64,000 nucleotides of DNA from positions 1 to 64,000 of the IMG/VR virus record IMGVR_UViG_3300033183_000212; one strand, 5' to 3'. Positions 60,181 to 64,000 of this stretch are shown one piece after another (the stretch's first letter is position 1; each line of letters begins with the position of its first letter). This stretch comes from a virus. Under the pieces are notes generated by a model, which was given only the letters and a program-made list of their open reading frames with translations, was not told the DNA's origin and searched no databases. The translations under genes and the position numbers were made by a program.

Positions 60181-60875
60181 AAAATATTATTCTTCAGCAC
60201 TTTCATCCTATGCGTCCTAAAGTTATTGAGGAGATGGAGAAGCGCAAAGGTCTTCCTTTTATCGTTGAGAAGAGCATTGAAAACATTCGTAAGTACGCCG
60301 AGAAGCTAAGCGCAGAGTATAAGCTGCTCGATGGTGAGCCGTTTCAAAAAGGACTCAGAGCTCAGTGTCAGAAGTGTGCAGCGATCAATGAAGAGTATGA
60401 TGACTATGACGTGGTGGTTGTACTAGACACTGATAAGTTTGTTACGACTACGTGCACTGAAAACGTGTTTGAGGCTAAAGGTATCGCGCCGTTTGACGAT
60501 GTACATAGAAACAGACAGCTGCCTCAGTTTATTCAAGAGTTTCCACACTTAGGCAACAAGAACTATCCACTCTGGTCTGGCGCAATCTATGTCATGCCTC
60601 GAGACTTTCGTCAGTTAATGAGAGCACAGATCAACGATTCAATGCGTAAAGTCTTTGAGCTGATCAGTCCTCGTCCATACGTTGATGAAGGCATCTTCCA
60701 TGTCTTGTGCCACAAGGCTAAGTTTAAGTTAGATAAGTACTTAGATGAGAAGTGGGATTATAGCAGCTACTTGCCTAATCCTGAGAAAGCAAACATGATT
60801 CACATTCGTCACCGACCAAAGAGTCGTGATGAGAACTATATGGATTTAGTGAAAGCAGGAATTATTGCGGAATGA
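60177..60875 (+). CDS. glycosyltransferase, paralog C
   Basis: MKNIILQHF...; VVVVLDTDKFV. ATGA overlap. Confidence 0.55.
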   Translation: MKNIILQHFHPMRPKVIEEMEKRKGLPFIVEKSIENIRKYAEKLSAEYKLLDGEPFQKGLRAQCQKCAAINEEYDDYDVVVVLDTDKFVTTTCTENVFEAKGIAPFDDVHRNRQLPQFIQEFPHLGNKNYPLWSGAIYVMPRDFRQLMRAQINDSMRKVFELISPRPYVDEGIFHVLCHKAKFKLDKYLDEKWDYSSYLPNPEKANMIHIRHRPKSRDENYMDLVKAGIIAE

Positions 60876-61561
60876 AAAACTTAGAGAGAACTTGTCCTGT
60901 TGTCGTAAATGAACTGCGGGATCACGGCCATCAGATAAACGTAGTGTATGACATCGGAGCAAACGATGGAAGATGGTACAAAGACTGGAAGCCTCTTCTA
61001 CCTAAAGCTCAGTTCATTATGTTTGAAGCAAATCCAAACAGCAAGCTGAGATACAGTATAGAGAAACATGAAAAACGTTTTCTTCAAGTGCTGTCTGATG
61101 CAGATGATAAAACAGTTCAGTTCTTTCTGGCAAACAATGGTAAAGAATCAACTGGTGATAGCTATTACAAAGAGTTGACTGCTAACTACTCTGAAGGAAA
61201 GTCAGTGTTGCTGAAGACTAAAACTCTCAACACGATGATCTCTGAAAACAACTTGCCTCTTCCAGACTTTATTAAGATGGACACTCAAGGTTCAGAGGTT
61301 GATATCATGAAGGGAGGGTCTGATGCGTTGAATCACGCTAAGGTTGCACTGATTGAAGTTTCAGTGATGCCTTATAACACCAACGCACCAATCTTTAACG
61401 ATTACATAGATACAATGTACTCTTATGGTTTCATTCCTTCTGGAGTACACAACATTGCAATGAGAAAAGGCGTAGTGAACCAGATGGACATCGTCTTTAC
61501 TAAGTCTGACATCAATAACGAGATTCATCAGCACAGAGACCGGTATAAAGGATTTGTATAA
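60872..61561 (+). CDS. FkbM-family methyltransferase
   Basis: VYDIGANDGRW and FIKMDTQGSEVDIMKG. Confidence 0.7.
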   Translation: MKNLERTCPVVVNELRDHGHQINVVYDIGANDGRWYKDWKPLLPKAQFIMFEANPNSKLRYSIEKHEKRFLQVLSDADDKTVQFFLANNGKESTGDSYYKELTANYSEGKSVLLKTKTLNTMISENNLPLPDFIKMDTQGSEVDIMKGGSDALNHAKVALIEVSVMPYNTNAPIFNDYIDTMYSYGFIPSGVHNIAMRKGVVNQMDIVFTKSDINNEIHQHRDRYKGFV

Positions 61562-62277
61562 TGCACGCATATGTAATCACAGTCGACGGCAATCTCATCT
61601 CTCAAAGTGCCGCGAACAACTGCATTGATTCTCATAAAAAATTTAAGCAAGACTTTCCTATTGAAAGATATAATGCAGTAAGGCCTGAACAAGTAGATGA
61701 AGAGTTTAAGTATCTTTCATTTGTTTGGACTTATCCTTGGGATGAACCGAGGACCGACTTTAAGAGTGGCTTAAAGCTCACTCCTTACAGGACTGCAGAC
61801 CGCAAGAAGAGGATCGCTTGTTTTTTAAGTCACTATCAACTATGGCAAAGGTGTGTACTTAAAAAGAGGCCTATCCTAGTGCTTGAACACGATGCGCTAT
61901 TTATTCGACCTTTTAACTACCAGTATACATTAGATTCAAAGTATGGTATAATTGGCATCAACAATCCGCTTGGCGCGACGCGTCGGGCTGATGTGTTTGA
62001 CAGTCAGGTACAAACTATGCGAGGAGAGAACTTAGATGCTGATGGAGTTTTACCGGTACCAACTATTGATAACTTCGATATACCTCAAGGTCTGGCAGGG
62101 AATTCTGCCTACGTCATCAAGCCACACGGCGCAGAGGAACTCTTAGACGCGGTGAACGCTCACGGTGCGTGGCCAAACGACGCAATCATGTGCAAGCAGA
62201 TCTTACCAAACGTACTAGGCGTTACAAAGAAGTACTACACAAAAGTGCAAGGCACTAGATCTACAACTACACTATGA
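61561..62277 (+). CDS. glycosyltransferase family 25-like, copy 1
   Basis: RIACFLSHYQLWQRC and ILVLEHDALF. Confidence 0.7.
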   Translation: MHAYVITVDGNLISQSAANNCIDSHKKFKQDFPIERYNAVRPEQVDEEFKYLSFVWTYPWDEPRTDFKSGLKLTPYRTADRKKRIACFLSHYQLWQRCVLKKRPILVLEHDALFIRPFNYQYTLDSKYGIIGINNPLGATRRADVFDSQVQTMRGENLDADGVLPVPTIDNFDIPQGLAGNSAYVIKPHGAEELLDAVNAHGAWPNDAIMCKQILPNVLGVTKKYYTKVQGTRSTTTL

Positions 62278-62930
62278 ACTTTAAAGCATTCGTCATTACA
62301 GTAAAAGACAACGAAAAGTCAGAGGAAGCAGCAGATAGGTGCATCAAGTCTGCTGTTCGATTTGATCTTGAAGTTGAGAAGCACTACGGATATAACGCAA
62401 AGGATGACGTTATAGCGGTTGCTAAGCAAGAAGGAATCCTGTCAATCGACCGGTTCAGGGCAAATGAGTACTCACGATTTCCAAACGTACTCGCTGCGTT
62501 TTTATCTCATAGGTCTCTGTGGAAGAAATCTCACCTTGAAGAGCAGCCAGTCATCATCTTTGAGCATGATGCGGTTGTAGTTGACGCTATTCCTTTTAAC
62601 ACGCCGTTTAAGCACCTAGTGTCTCTCGGCAAACCATCCTATGGTAAGTTCAACATTCCATCTGTCATTGGACTAGGTCCTCTAAAGTCTAAGCCGTACT
62701 TGCCTGGTGCTCATGCTTATATGCTCAAGCCTAGTGGAGCAAATATGCTTCTCAGAGCTGCGGTGCAGAAAGCTGAACCGACAGACATCTTTATCAACAT
62801 GTATAACTTCCCTTGGCTCCAAGAGTACTATCCTTGGCCAGTTGAGGTGATAGATAATTTTTCGACGATTCAATACATCTATGGAAGCTATGCAAAGCAC
62901 AGTTATGATGAGAACTATCAGATAGTATGA
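62274..62930 (+). CDS. glycosyltransferase family 25-like, copy 2
   Basis: LAAFLSHRSLWKK and VIIFEHDAVV. Tandem paralog of the previous gene. Confidence 0.65.
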   Translation: MNFKAFVITVKDNEKSEEAADRCIKSAVRFDLEVEKHYGYNAKDDVIAVAKQEGILSIDRFRANEYSRFPNVLAAFLSHRSLWKKSHLEEQPVIIFEHDAVVVDAIPFNTPFKHLVSLGKPSYGKFNIPSVIGLGPLKSKPYLPGAHAYMLKPSGANMLLRAAVQKAEPTDIFINMYNFPWLQEYYPWPVEVIDNFSTIQYIYGSYAKHSYDENYQIV

Positions 62931-63607
62931 TTTCAGTTGCATGCGTGTACTGGGGAAACAAGTTTCCTATTGAGTACGTTTATAATCTTAGATCTGCTGT
63001 AAAGAGAAACACAAGTGTTCCTCATGAATTTGTCGTGTTCTCTGACAGGCAGATACCAGACGTAAAGACAAAGATCCTTGACAAAGGACTAGAAGGTTGG
63101 TGGAACAAGCTTCAGATGTTCAACACTAAGTTTGCGTTGAACAAAGAGGTTGTTTACTTTGATCTCGATACACTCATCACCGGTAATATAGACTGGCTAA
63201 TGAAGTATGAAACAACGTTTATGGGTATTGAAGACTTAGGATCTATAAACGCTCATCAGCCGCACTTGAAAGGAAGACTGCAGAGTGGAGTGATGAAGTG
63301 GAACTATCCTCTCGGTAAGTCTATCTGGGACATCTTTGTTCAGAACCAACATGTAATGGGAATGATTCGAGGAGACGGAGAGTTCTTAAACGAATACATA
63401 CCAAAAGAGAGGAGAGAGCTGATTCAGCGAATCTTTCCGGGCAAGTTAAAGTCTTATAAGTATCAGGTCTATAAAGAAGGCGTGAAGGACACTGCAATCG
63501 TGTGCTTTCACGGGCGGCCTAGTATCATACAGGCGATGACTGAAACTGTACAGACGCCTAGAGCTAAGTTTGAGCCTAGAGAGTGGATCAAGGATTATTG
63601 GAAATGA
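62927..63607 (+). CDS. putative glycosyltransferase
   Basis: VVYFDLDTLITGNIDWL is a DxD-like block. Confidence 0.45.
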   Translation: MISVACVYWGNKFPIEYVYNLRSAVKRNTSVPHEFVVFSDRQIPDVKTKILDKGLEGWWNKLQMFNTKFALNKEVVYFDLDTLITGNIDWLMKYETTFMGIEDLGSINAHQPHLKGRLQSGVMKWNYPLGKSIWDIFVQNQHVMGMIRGDGEFLNEYIPKERRELIQRIFPGKLKSYKYQVYKEGVKDTAIVCFHGRPSIIQAMTETVQTPRAKFEPREWIKDYWK

Positions 63608-64000
63608 AGAAGGTTGTTCATATAATTGGAAACGGAGACAGCGCCGACTTGTACAACAAGAAGCAGAGAGTCGGTCTTAAACTTACATGTAACATTGCTC
63701 CTTTTCCTGTACAAGGCGCGTATGCCACATGTATCGTTGACTTTAAGATGATGAGATCTATCACCAATGGTGAGATCGATGTGCCAGGCGAATGGGTACT
63801 AGGTTATCGTCCTAAGATCTGGATGGACCAACATCCTAACTTTTATATGAAGAGAGCTAATCAGATCAAAGAGTTCTTTACAAAGAAGCCAGACTACGCC
63901 AAGAACTACACTGATTTAAACTGTGGCCACATGGCTACTTACTACGCAATTCATAAGTTTAAACCAGATGAGATCGATCTATATGGGTTTGACTCTATCT
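63604..64000 (+). CDS. partial ORF (3' end beyond the window), sialyl/Kdo-transferase or MAF-like fold
   Basis: Open frame from ATG 63604 to the window end. IIGNGDSA...GHMATYYAIHKFKPDEIDLYGFDSI. Confidence 0.4.
   Translation, partial: MKKVVHIIGNGDSADLYNKKQRVGLKLTCNIAPFPVQGAYATCIVDFKMMRSITNGEIDVPGEWVLGYRPKIWMDQHPNFYMKRANQIKEFFTKKPDYAKNYTDLNCGHMATYYAIHKFKPDEIDLYGFDSI

Overview
This window reads as part of a large lytic T4-like (myovirus-type) phage genome, probably marine, and probably infecting an alphaproteobacterium because it carries a permuted two-piece tmRNA. Genes are tightly packed and almost all on the + strand. The two minus-strand blocks are 22929-26245 and 34106-34965.

Recognisable T4-type core genes:
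- clamp-loader small subunit (gp62-like), RegA and family-B DNA polymerase (gp43)
- UvsX and the gp41 helicase
- RNase H, NrdA/NrdB, dCMP deaminase and ThyX

Notable content, in window order:
1. 9.9-16.2 kb: a DNA-hypermodification block. It holds DUF1599, a truncated UDP-glucose dehydrogenase, a T4 gp42-like dCMP hydroxymethylase, dCMP deaminase, a UDG-fold protein, a T4 Agt-like alpha-glucosyltransferase, a UDP-glucuronate 4-epimerase and a C5 cytosine methyltransferase.
2. About 27.5-27.8 kb: a circularly permuted (two-piece) tmRNA gene with tag ANDEVFLMAA.
3. 27.8-35.0 kb: a visibly AT-rich island (about 30% GC by eye, against about 40-45% in the backbone). It encodes a lipid desaturase, three cupin hydroxylase paralogs, a TauD-like oxygenase, a PLP enzyme, a methyltransferase, an FMN reductase, a peroxiredoxin and an SDR.
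4. Four copies of one long promoter/5'UTR cassette, three of them driving GC-rich (about 55-60% by eye) cargo genes and one a small membrane-peptide ORF.
5. 38.6-43.2 kb: six genes whose products begin with a T4-type capsid-targeting sequence. These are candidate packaged and injected proteins and include two nucleotidyltransferase-fold enzymes. One of them is interrupted by an in-frame TAG.
6. 55.7-64.0 kb: a glycan island with a UDP-sulfoquinovose synthase homolog and at least eight glycosyltransferase-like genes, one of them frameshifted.

Auxiliary metabolic genes include iscU/iscA, pstS, phoH, hsp20 and a DadA-like flavoenzyme. I recognised no rRNA, tRNA, CRISPR array, integrase or transposase.

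All family assignments rest on motifs read by eye from the translations. No database search was run. RNA ends and GC values are approximate.
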